Assembly (NCBI GenBank): GCA_947494155.1
Contig: CANLTW010000022.1
Coordinates: 1-18,528, forward strand
Length of the DNA: 18,528 bases
Direction: 5' to 3'
Source: Chlamydiota bacterium
Lineage (GTDB): Bacteria > Chlamydiota > Chlamydiia > Chlamydiales > RGXB01
Part shown: one piece after another, positions 8,308 to 16,172 of the stretch
Numbering within the stretch: the stretch's first letter is position 1
Layout of the letters: the number at the start of each line of letters is the position of its first letter
Position numbers and translations under genes: made by a program
The notes under the pieces: model-generated
The model's input: the letters and a program-made list of their open reading frames with translations, nothing else
The model's database searches: none
Told to the model about the DNA's origin: nothing

Positions 8308-9768
8308 TTAATCGACAATTTGAAGCTGTTTAGCTTTTTGCGCTAAAAGATCGGCCAATTTAGGCACAAGGGGAATCAGCGCTTCAAATGGGGGCAAAAG
8401 ATGATGTGGGCCCCTATTTTCGCTTAATGCTTTGGCTAATTCCAAAAACAGTTTGGAGGGGATCATTTTCAGCCGATTTTGGCTTGCCATTAAACCCATG
8501 GCCGGAAAAATGTAGAGATTATTCGCTTGCGTTCCATGATAGATTTTCCCTTTATAATCAACGGGGCTAAAGGGGCTGCCAGATGCAAAAAGGGCTTGGC
8601 CATCGGAAAACTCTATAGCCTGCTGTAGCGTACATTCGGCTTTACTTGTCGGATTGGATAGAGCCATGATAATAGGTCTTTTAGCCAGTCTTGTCATCTC
8701 TTCAATCACCTGTTTGTCGAAAATGCCCGGTTGCATGGAAGCACCTATCAAAATTGTGGGTTTGAAGGTTTTAAGCATTTCCATAAGATCTTTTGTCGTT
8801 TTAAACTCTTTTGCAAACGGCTTGAGATCAGAGCTAAGCTCCTCGCGTGATTTTGTTACCAGCCCTTTTGAATCGACAAGGGCTATGTTATCTAGCGCTT
8901 TAGATTTTGCATTTCCATTTTCTTCAAGATAATCGACAATGAGCTCTGCAATCCCTAAGTTGGCCGAGCCGGCTCCGATGAATAGAATCCTCTCGTCCTC
9001 CAGCTTAGACCCTTTTTCTTTTACAGCAGAAAGTAAACATGCCATGGTGACACCCGCGGTGCCTTGAATATCATCATTAAAAGAGACAATCGATTTCTGG
9101 TATTTTTTCAAAAGATTGCGGGCATTGTCTTTTGCAAAATCCTCCCACTGCAAGAGAACATGAGGCAAGGTCTTTTTTACCGTCATTACAAACCGGTCAA
9201 CAAAGGACTCGTAATCCTCTCCTTTGAGGCGGTACTTTTTTACCCCCATGTAATGGGGATGGGCTAAATAATCGGGATTGTTTGTCCCTACATCAAGAAC
9301 AATCGGCAAGGTCTTTTTGATATCTATACCACCAAATAGAGAATACAAGAGAGTTTTTCCCATGGATATTCCCATTCCTCCAACTCCCAAGTCCCCCAAA
9401 CCCAAAATACGCTCCCCGTCGGTGACGACGATCACCTCTACTTGGGGCATCTTTTTTAGCGTTTCTTCCAGTGAATCAATCGTCTCCTCACTCACAAAGA
9501 TCCCTCGGAAACTATTCATAATGACAGAAAAATTCTGACAAGCAGCTCCAATGGTGGGTGTGTAGACAATAGGCAATACCTCATGAATGTGATTTTTGGC
9601 AAAATCGGTAAAAAGATGGGTATCCTCTTCAATCATCTTGTTCAAATAGATAAATTTGTCTAGAGGGTCTTGTATGCGTGTAAACTGCAAATACCTACGT
9701 TGAAGCTCTTGATCGCGCGTCTGATTTTGATATCCAAATGGTTGGAAAATCGACCGATTCAGTCCCAT
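8308..9768 (-). CDS. maeA: NAD-dependent malic enzyme (oxaloacetate-decarboxylating malate dehydrogenase)
   Basis: Motifs PIVYTPTIG, VTDGERILGLGDLG, LDVGTNN, QWEDF, NDDIQGT, GAGSA, LSNPTSKAEC, ASGSPF and QANNLYIFP. Confidence 0.95.
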   Translation of the reverse strand: MGLNRSIFQPFGYQNQTRDQELQRRYLQFTRIQDPLDKFIYLNKMIEEDTHLFTDFAKNHIHEVLPIVYTPTIGAACQNFSVIMNSFRGIFVSEETIDSLEETLKKMPQVEVIVVTDGERILGLGDLGVGGMGISMGKTLLYSLFGGIDIKKTLPIVLDVGTNNPDYLAHPHYMGVKKYRLKGEDYESFVDRFVMTVKKTLPHVLLQWEDFAKDNARNLLKKYQKSIVSFNDDIQGTAGVTMACLLSAVKEKGSKLEDERILFIGAGSANLGIAELIVDYLEENGNAKSKALDNIALVDSKGLVTKSREELSSDLKPFAKEFKTTKDLMEMLKTFKPTILIGASMQPGIFDKQVIEEMTRLAKRPIIMALSNPTSKAECTLQQAIEFSDGQALFASGSPFSPVDYKGKIYHGTQANNLYIFPAMGLMASQNRLKMIPSKLFLELAKALSENRGPHHLLPPFEALIPLVPKLADLLAQKAKQLQIVD

Positions 9769-9907
9769 ATCTTGCCTTGATGTGTTTTAAACGTTGATTT
9801 TTCCCTGAAAAAGTTTTGGCTTTCAGGTGTTCGATTGCGGTTGCATACTAGCAAAAAAACAATTTCAGGCGTTAGAAAAACAAACTGCGAACTATTCGAG
9901 GTATTGC

Positions 9908-11161
9908 TTAAGGCGTCGAGGATTTAGGCTCTAAGGAAGGAACATGCCTAAATCGGGTGGTGACCGCCGTGATCCATATCATAAAGACCGCCATTGTTAC
10001 ATAGTCAATCCAAAAAATTGGCAAAATCAGAATAGCCAAAGAGGCAATCGCTTTTGCACTTCTGTAGAGAAAAACATCGATCACCGCTTTAGCTTTGAAC
10101 TTCTGATCAATACCCAACGGGATATAAAGCATCTCTTTGACTACGCCAAAAATCGAATAGTCAAGCGCTTTGATAGAGCCATAGGTAAAAGCGATCAGGC
10201 CAAAAGAGGGGAAAAAAAGGAAGCTTAAAAGAGCACTGGCTAAAAAAACGGGTATACTTAAATGGGATCTTTTCAGCCCGATCAATTCTATGAGAAAAAA
10301 AGAGCCGAAAAGCTGTAATAGAACATTCATAATATTTACTAGCCCAAAAAACCAGCCGAAGTAGGCGGTTCTTTCATTGGTTGTTGTGAGGAATTGGGAG
10401 ACATAAATATTAAACTGGTAGTCGAGTAGAGTAGAAGCGGCCTGCATGGCCACAACAATTAAAAGGATGAATCGCAAAAGCGACGAGGATTTGATCAAAG
10501 AGATCCCCTCAAAAAAGTCAGAAACCCTATTTTGTGAGAAGGCAATCGTCTCTACCTGATCGATTCTTTGCCTGGCCCGCATCAAAAAATAGTAGGCCAA
10601 CAAAAGAAATAAGAAAAAAGGTAAAGAAAAATAGAGGAGCTTTTCGGTTCCTACGCGCATCGCCAAAAATCCTGGAATCATGCTCGCTAGCATGGAGCCT
10701 AATCCGCCAAATCCGAAAAAAAGGCCGTATAAGTATCTCGCTTTTGCAAGATGAACTGTGGAATTTATCACAGACCAAAGCTGCTGAAACATCAGCATAA
10801 TATAAATGTCTTTCCAGATGTAAAAAAAGAAGGGCCAAGCCCTGAAATCGTGAACATAGGAGGCTGTTGAGACATTGACGATTGCTCCGGCCAAAACGGT
10901 CAAAAAAAGCATCCTAAAACAGCCTATTTTGACAACAAGGATATTATATACGGTAACAATTAAAAAACTCGCCGGTATGACAGCGATCCAGACATAAGGA
11001 AAAAAAGGGACCCCAAATGCCTCCATAAATAGAGCATGTGCTACCGGTTTTGTGATCGAAGCTTCCGCAGTGATGAGAAAACTTGAAATCATCGCCAGGA
11101 TAATGAAGAAAAATTCAAAACCTTTATATTTTTGTATTTCTTCTTTTAGTGCGGTCCACAT
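9908..11161 (-). CDS. NTT/Npt (TLC, ATP:ADP antiporter family) nucleotide transporter
   Basis: Multi-TM MFS-like protein with FFYIWKDIY, AKARYLYGLF and the signature DYSIF...KEMLYIPL..DQKFKAKAVIDV. Confidence 0.9.
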   Translation of the reverse strand: MWTALKEEIQKYKGFEFFFIILAMISSFLITAEASITKPVAHALFMEAFGVPFFPYVWIAVIPASFLIVTVYNILVVKIGCFRMLFLTVLAGAIVNVSTASYVHDFRAWPFFFYIWKDIYIMLMFQQLWSVINSTVHLAKARYLYGLFFGFGGLGSMLASMIPGFLAMRVGTEKLLYFSLPFFLFLLLAYYFLMRARQRIDQVETIAFSQNRVSDFFEGISLIKSSSLLRFILLIVVAMQAASTLLDYQFNIYVSQFLTTTNERTAYFGWFFGLVNIMNVLLQLFGSFFLIELIGLKRSHLSIPVFLASALLSFLFFPSFGLIAFTYGSIKALDYSIFGVVKEMLYIPLGIDQKFKAKAVIDVFLYRSAKAIASLAILILPIFWIDYVTMAVFMIWITAVTTRFRHVPSLEPKSSTP

Positions 11162-11170
11162 GTTTTTGCC

Positions 11171-12250
11171 TCAGCTTTGGATGCTTTCAAATAATTCCTT
11201 TTGATCGGTATAGATCCAGAAAATCTCTTCCCCTTCTAAGCGCACCTTTTGCCCCTCCAAAAAAGTCATGCTGGTTTGGGTGGGGACGTCAATCCATACG
11301 TTTTTGGTGTTTTCATAATTTTTTTTCACCTCAGCAAGCTTGTCGATGGAGCATTTGTAGGCTTGAACCCGAAATTGGGAGTCCTGAATAGCTTTTTCCT
11401 CATCCGGAAAATCTTTTAAAGAGGCAAATATGTGGTGATCGTTGATTTTCATAAAGGTTTGCAGATCCTCCAAAGCCCCCTGCTGCATAAGGATCTGTTT
11501 GACAACTTTTGCGTAATGGAAAGCATATGACCGTACCCTCCTGTGCTGATACAACCTCTCATGCATCCAGTGGCGAGCGAGTAAAAGAGCCTCCACCGAG
11601 GGTAGGCCCGACGCGCTGATCCCTAATCTATTCTCCTGATCGAGTCGTACAGAGCGCACCAGTTGGTGAAGGTCAATTTTACCGTAACTCAGGCCTGAGT
11701 AAAGCGAGTCACGAAGAAGATAATCAATTCTGTCGGCGCCAAAATGGGGGTCTGCGATAAGCTGACTCAAGAAATAGGGCTCTGTTGGCTCCCCCAGGGC
11801 GATTGAGCGCACCAATCGGGAAACCTCCCCACACTCTTTTTTATAAATCTTAGCCACCTCTGAAAACAAAGGATCCCAAACACCCAAGGCAAATGTTTTA
11901 TTGACCATCACCTCATGTTTAGGCAAAAAAAGTTCTACCGTGTGGGACAAAGGATAGTGACCCACATCATGCAAAAGCGCTCCGAGCCGAACGGCTTGCC
12001 TATAGTAGGCCCAGTGTTCTTTTTCCGCTTCCCCAACAGTCAGCTGATCAAAAAGCAGGGTGGCTACATGCATCACCCCGATAGAGTGAGAAAAACGGGT
12101 ATGCGTTACCCCTGGATAAACATGGAAAGCGGGACCACACTGATAGATATGGACAAGGCGAACCATAAAGGGGTGGGCTAGAAGCTGCTCTTCAATGGCG
12201 TTGAAAGGGATAAAGTTGTGTATCGGATCAAAAATTTGCATTGTTTCCAA
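11171..12250 (-). CDS. HD-domain phosphohydrolase, SAMHD1-like dNTP triphosphohydrolase family (COG1078-like)
   Basis: Motifs IFDPIH, RL..I.Q.G, HTRFSHSIG, LLHDVGHYPLSH, ADRIDYLLRDS and LY.HRRVR. The H...HD...D metal ligands are intact. Confidence 0.9.
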   Translation of the reverse strand: METMQIFDPIHNFIPFNAIEEQLLAHPFMVRLVHIYQCGPAFHVYPGVTHTRFSHSIGVMHVATLLFDQLTVGEAEKEHWAYYRQAVRLGALLHDVGHYPLSHTVELFLPKHEVMVNKTFALGVWDPLFSEVAKIYKKECGEVSRLVRSIALGEPTEPYFLSQLIADPHFGADRIDYLLRDSLYSGLSYGKIDLHQLVRSVRLDQENRLGISASGLPSVEALLLARHWMHERLYQHRRVRSYAFHYAKVVKQILMQQGALEDLQTFMKINDHHIFASLKDFPDEEKAIQDSQFRVQAYKCSIDKLAEVKKNYENTKNVWIDVPTQTSMTFLEGQKVRLEGEEIFWIYTDQKELFESIQS

Positions 12251-12299
12251 TTGTATCGTTTCCCCGTATTATTCGACTCTATGAAAATAAATTTTACTA

Positions 12300-13130
12300 T
12301 TAAATTGATGTTTTAGTCTTAAAGGTGCCAAAAAAAGACCAAAATGCACACAATAATAGTGTCAAAAAGTAGCTTGAAAACCAGGTGATTAAAGGGTAGT
12401 GAAATCCAGAAAAGGTGAAAAGAAGCCAAACGGAACAAAAAGATAGTAAAAGTAGCAGGGCGTTTTTTCCAAGCATTAACGGGATGATCGTGGATGAGGG
12501 GACCCCAAAAAACCTAAGGTTCAAAATTCCGGTCAAAGAGTGCCTAGAGACCGAAGCAAACAGTATATTCAAGAGAACAAACAGACAAGCGAAAAAAGCT
12601 CCACCTTGTAGTCCGTACTTTTTGATGAGGGGCGATTCCTGATACAGAGCCCAGCCAAGACTTTTAAAAACCTCATTTTTTGTGAGGGGTTTGAGGTTGT
12701 CTTTTTTTAAACCCACCCCTTTTTGTACAGTCGTTGCAAAATAGACTTTACTTGCCGTTGTGTAGGTTATCGGATCTATAGCACCGAGAAGCACACTTGT
12801 CTGAATTTTTTTGGCATGCTCGAGTTTTACAAACGAGCTGGAGGTCGCATCGGTCAAAACATGAAGTCTGGGCTCCCCCATTTCTTTATGTGTTTTGAGG
12901 ATGAAACTTTCGAGCTTGGAATTTCCTTGCGATTCAATAAAGCCCTTTAGGTCCTCGTTGTTCACCTCAAATAAAACCATTCCGCTAGTAGCCTGAATAA
13001 ACGATGAGGCGATTTGTCTTGAGGTGCGAAAAAAATGCACCTGATCAATAAATAAAACGAAAAAAGCAACGAAAAGGGCATGAAAAACCCATTTTAAAGC
13101 ACTATTTTCCTGAATAGATCTTGTGAACAT
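12300..13130 (-). CDS. Membrane protein with FtsX-like permease C-terminal region
   Basis: N-terminal TM, a soluble loop, then three TMs with RHSLTGILNLRFFGVPSSTII, resembling the FtsX/MacB R..E.....LGA....I motif. The ATG at 13130 follows an AAGGGGG RBS. Confidence 0.55.
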   Translation of the reverse strand: MFTRSIQENSALKWVFHALFVAFFVLFIDQVHFFRTSRQIASSFIQATSGMVLFEVNNEDLKGFIESQGNSKLESFILKTHKEMGEPRLHVLTDATSSSFVKLEHAKKIQTSVLLGAIDPITYTTASKVYFATTVQKGVGLKKDNLKPLTKNEVFKSLGWALYQESPLIKKYGLQGGAFFACLFVLLNILFASVSRHSLTGILNLRFFGVPSSTIIPLMLGKNALLLLLSFCSVWLLFTFSGFHYPLITWFSSYFLTLLLCAFWSFFGTFKTKTSI

Positions 13131-13203
13131 GAGATAATCCCCCTTCAATTTTTATATAAAAAAGCCGTAATCACGATGAAATTGGGTGCACTTCTAACGT
13201 GTT

Positions 13204-13232
13204 CATTTAGGTTACCCTAAATGCTTTTTTTT
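13204..13232 (+). terminator. Hairpin plus T-run (terminator-like) in a divergent intergenic region
   Basis: CATTTAGG-TTAC-CCTAAATG followed by C and T8. Confidence 0.45.
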
Positions 13233-13326
13233 GAAAAAATGAATCCCAAATAAATGTTATTAGGTATAAAACATTTCCAGAAAACAGAAGATATTTTTAT
13301 AGTGAACAAACCAAATAGAGAACAAA

Positions 13327-13503
13327 ATGGAAGATGAGTTTAAAAAAGAAAAAAAAATCGTGAAAAAACTTCTCGAAGACGCCAAAAGCGAGGCACACAG
13401 GGAAAAAATTTCGCTCGATGACCATGGAGATACGATTGTAGGGAATCGTTTAGGAAGGCCAAATTTTGATTTTGAAATAGAGGAAGAAAAAAAGAGCGAT
13501 TAG
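13327..13503 (+). CDS. Small charged hypothetical protein (58 aa), below the ORF-track cutoff
   Basis: MEDEFKKEKKIVKKLLEDAKSEAHREKISLDDHGDTIVGNRLGRPNFDFEIEEEKKSD*. The composition is protein-like and the stop lies within a bidirectional terminator. Confidence 0.6.
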   Translation: MEDEFKKEKKIVKKLLEDAKSEAHREKISLDDHGDTIVGNRLGRPNFDFEIEEEKKSD

Positions 13504-13519
13504 GATCGCTCTTTTTTTT
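13487..13519. terminator. Bidirectional Rho-independent terminator
   Basis: A7-GAGCGAT-tagg-ATCGCTC-T8 between convergent genes. Confidence 0.85.
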
Positions 13520-13554
13520 AAAAAAATATTGGGGCCCAATCTATAACAAAAGGG

Positions 13555-14271
13555 CTAATTACCCAAATTATTCAGTTCACCTAAGGCATCTTTAAGCATG
13601 CTTCCAAAAGCAGCGGAGGTTAAAGATACAGATCCATCGGGTAGATCCAGGGTAAGATTTGCACTATTTTGAGGGTTGGATGCATAAGCTTGAGCAACTT
13701 TATCAAGAGCGCTAAAAAATTGCACAAGAGGTTGAAGTTTCCCTCTTATCGCACATAATTTTTCTTGATCCGCCGGCGAGCTAAGGTTTCCAAGAGTATT
13801 GTGGTAATCATCGTCCGACATATTCGCTTGCAAACCTTTTAATATGTTGGAAAAAGTATCGTTTTTACAGGCCGAATCAAAGTATCTAGTAAAGTTATTC
13901 GCCGTATGACCTGGTGAATCCTGAGAATCAGCATCATAAGGTCCGAGATCATTTGGGTCGAAAACAGGGGGCAGTTCTAGTTGAGAATTGCTATCATAAG
14001 TTTGTACATCCCGAGTAAAGTAAACGTTACGTCCTGTGTCATCGTTATACTTATAGTAGCGCAACTCATCGTCTATGGTCTGGTCATGTTGTATATTATC
14101 GTAGAGATCCTGCCAATCTCCCCCGTCTTTACCCCCTTGCAACTCCTTTAGATAGTCCTCATATTTTTTTTGGGCTTCTTGAGTCGCTTGATCGGAACAA
14201 TTTGATTTTGCATTAATTCCATAGTAAGCTTGCTCGCAAGCCAAGTAACTTTTGATGTATGAATCCGCCAT
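13555..14271 (-). CDS. Hypothetical acidic Asp/Asn/Ser-rich protein, tandem paralog A (238 aa)
   Basis: ATG start with AAGAGG RBS, own promoter and terminator. Full-length similarity to 14457..15170. No signal peptide or TM. Confidence 0.88.
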   Translation of the reverse strand: MADSYIKSYLACEQAYYGINAKSNCSDQATQEAQKKYEDYLKELQGGKDGGDWQDLYDNIQHDQTIDDELRYYKYNDDTGRNVYFTRDVQTYDSNSQLELPPVFDPNDLGPYDADSQDSPGHTANNFTRYFDSACKNDTFSNILKGLQANMSDDDYHNTLGNLSSPADQEKLCAIRGKLQPLVQFFSALDKVAQAYASNPQNSANLTLDLPDGSVSLTSAAFGSMLKDALGELNNLGN

Positions 14272-14316
14272 AAAATGCCTCTTTTTTAGTTGGCGATTCT
14301 TACCGCCCCATCTATT

Positions 14317-14345
14317 ATTTTACACGAAATAAATAAAAAATTCAA
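14317..14345 (-). promoter_or_regulatory. Sigma70/sigma66-type promoter of paralog A
   Basis: TTGAAT (14345-14340), N17, TAAAAT (14322-14317). Confidence 0.65.
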
Positions 14346-14376
14346 TAAATTTATTGATTATTTACCGGGGAAAGAT

Positions 14377-14407
14377 AAAAAAAAAGAGCGATCTCAGTCG
14401 CTCTTTT
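14377..14407 (-). terminator. Rho-independent terminator of paralog B
   Basis: AAAAGAGCGA-tctcag-TCGCTCTTTT with a U-run on the minus strand. The stem matches the 13487-13519 terminator. Confidence 0.85.
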
Positions 14408-14456
14408 GTAACATTTACTTAAAAAACCCATTTAGAAGGGGCTCACACCTTCAAAG

Positions 14457-15170
14457 CTAGGGGCTTAGATTATTAAGGTTATTTATGCGATCGGAGAGCA
14501 TTTTTGCGAATTCGGAAGAAGAGAGCGCAACTGATCCATCAGGAAGATCCAAAGTGACATTCTGAGATGCACCTTCATTGCTCAAAACAGCATTTGCGCT
14601 TTTTTGTAACGCGGTGAAAAAGGTGCGTAGAGGTTGAATTTTTTCTCTTATTGCGACTAATTTTTCTTGATCCGCCGGCGAGGTGAGGTTTCCAAGGGTA
14701 GAATGGTAGTCGTCGTCTGATAGTCCTCCGCTTAGTTGATCTAGCACGCTATTTCCAGCTAGCTTTCCAAGTGAGTTGAAAAATTGGGCTGTGAAATTAT
14801 TGGAAGAATGGGGAGTATCATCATCAGGAGCGTCGTTTGAGTAAACTCCTAAATCTGTATCCCATTTTGGTGGCAAGTTTAAAGAGGTATTATCATCCGA
14901 AAAATCTACAGATTGGGTCGAAGAACTACTCCCCCCCCCCTCGCCTGGATCGTCAACAAATAGTGTATAAGTATCCGTAATCGTTTGGGACTTACCATAA
15001 CTGTCCGGCAAGGCCTGTAGATCACCAGCGCCGTTTTTTAAATTTTTGAGATAATTTTCAAAATTCTGTTGCGCTTCACTAGCGGCGAGATCGGGATAGA
15101 CAGGTTCCCTGTTTAACCCATTGTAAGCTTTTTCACAAGCAAGATAACTTTTGATGTATGAATCCGCCAT
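14457..15170 (-). CDS. Hypothetical acidic protein, tandem paralog B (237 aa)
   Basis: ATG start with GAGGAGAGGG RBS. Shares MADSYIKSYLACE, SDDDYH.TLGNL.SPADQEKL and TLDLPDGSV.L with paralog A. Confidence 0.88.
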   Translation of the reverse strand: MADSYIKSYLACEKAYNGLNREPVYPDLAASEAQQNFENYLKNLKNGAGDLQALPDSYGKSQTITDTYTLFVDDPGEGGGSSSSTQSVDFSDDNTSLNLPPKWDTDLGVYSNDAPDDDTPHSSNNFTAQFFNSLGKLAGNSVLDQLSGGLSDDDYHSTLGNLTSPADQEKLVAIREKIQPLRTFFTALQKSANAVLSNEGASQNVTLDLPDGSVALSSSEFAKMLSDRINNLNNLSP

Positions 15171-15214
15171 AAAAACCCTCTCCTCTACTACGGGACTAGA
15201 ACCCCCATAAGAAT

Positions 15215-15243
15215 ATTGTACTATGTTTTCCTTTGAAATTCAA
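15215..15243 (-). promoter_or_regulatory. Sigma70/sigma66-type promoter of paralog B
   Basis: TTGAAT (15243-15238), N17, TACAAT (15220-15215). Confidence 0.65.
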
Positions 15244-15489
15244 TATTTTTTTATAACTATTTTTAAAATAGGCGCTACGAAAATAGAACTGATTGACTTA
15301 CAATAGGTTCGTTGACACAACAAAAATAATATTTTATAACTAATTGAAAATCAATACATTACAAATTGTTCAACAATCGTTATGCCAGTTGCTACCTCCC
15401 ACCTAAAACAACCTTTTTGATACCTAACTGCTTGAGATTGAGCAGGGGGCAAAATAGCATACCGATTTTTTTCTAGCGAGAAACAACCT

Positions 15490-16038
15490 TCAAAATGTTT
15501 TTGAGATGGAAAAATTGGCTCCAACCCCTTTTTGCGACGATTGGGAAAAAATGTCTTTGGGCTCTTTGTTCTCTCGTAGATCTCTGACAGTTTTTTGGGC
15601 AACTGGAACATCAGCGTTTACATAAACCGCCAGGGTATTTCCGTCTTTTAGAGCAAATTCATACCCCAAGGTACCCGTCAAAGAAACACCCTTTTTTCCC
15701 GTGAATTGATGAACGGACAGATCCTCTTTCAAGGACTGATCGTAGGTGGTTTTCACCCCTGTAATCAGATGCTTGTCACTGGAAATCTGGTGTTTATAAT
15801 GCCAGCTGCCGCTACCCTTGAATCCACTTTCCCGAATAGGGTACTTAGGTTGTTTTTGACCGTTTTTAAGGGGTTTTGCCTGTATAATAAAAGAGTGGCC
15901 GGATTTCTCCACTTCTACCCCCTCCCCCTCATCGTTAAAAACATAGTGGTAGGTCAAACTCTTTTTGGGCTCTATTTTAGCTAAGTCTTCCTTGGTCAAC
16001 AAATGACTGAGGCTCAACAATACGATCTGTAGGCGCAT
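15490..16038 (-). CDS. Hypothetical exported protein, possible small outer-membrane beta-strand protein
   Basis: Strong AGGAGGGG RBS and an N-terminal hydrophobic leader. Amphipathic strands (GVSLTGTLGYEF, LAVYVNADV) and a C-terminal GVGANFSISKTF ending in Phe. Confidence 0.65.
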   Translation of the reverse strand: MRLQIVLLSLSHLLTKEDLAKIEPKKSLTYHYVFNDEGEGVEVEKSGHSFIIQAKPLKNGQKQPKYPIRESGFKGSGSWHYKHQISSDKHLITGVKTTYDQSLKEDLSVHQFTGKKGVSLTGTLGYEFALKDGNTLAVYVNADVPVAQKTVRDLRENKEPKDIFSQSSQKGVGANFSISKTF

Positions 16039-16112
16039 AAAACCCCTCCTTTATAAGGGGTATTTTCCCAAATCTGGACTTTTCGGGGAATTAGTAAAGT
16101 TTTATACAAAGA

Positions 16113-16138
16113 AAGGGTCAGTGAAATCACTGACCCTT
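16113..16138 (-). terminator. Rho-independent terminator
   Basis: Perfect inverted repeat aagggtcagtg-aaat-cactgaccctt downstream of the 16173 stop, followed by T-rich sequence on the minus strand. Confidence 0.8.
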
Positions 16139-16172
16139 ACCGGCTTGTATTTTTAAAAAACTTAGACAAAAA

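Noticed and set aside
9768..9907. Frameshifted N-terminal extension of the malic enzyme
   Set aside because: The protein is short at the N-terminus, but no upstream frame shows the usual NKG.AF..ER motif and all catalytic motifs are intact.
13555..15170. Paralog pair as a diversity-generating retroelement TR/VR
   Set aside because: There is no reverse transcriptase in the window, differences are not restricted to adenines, and both copies are full-length genes.
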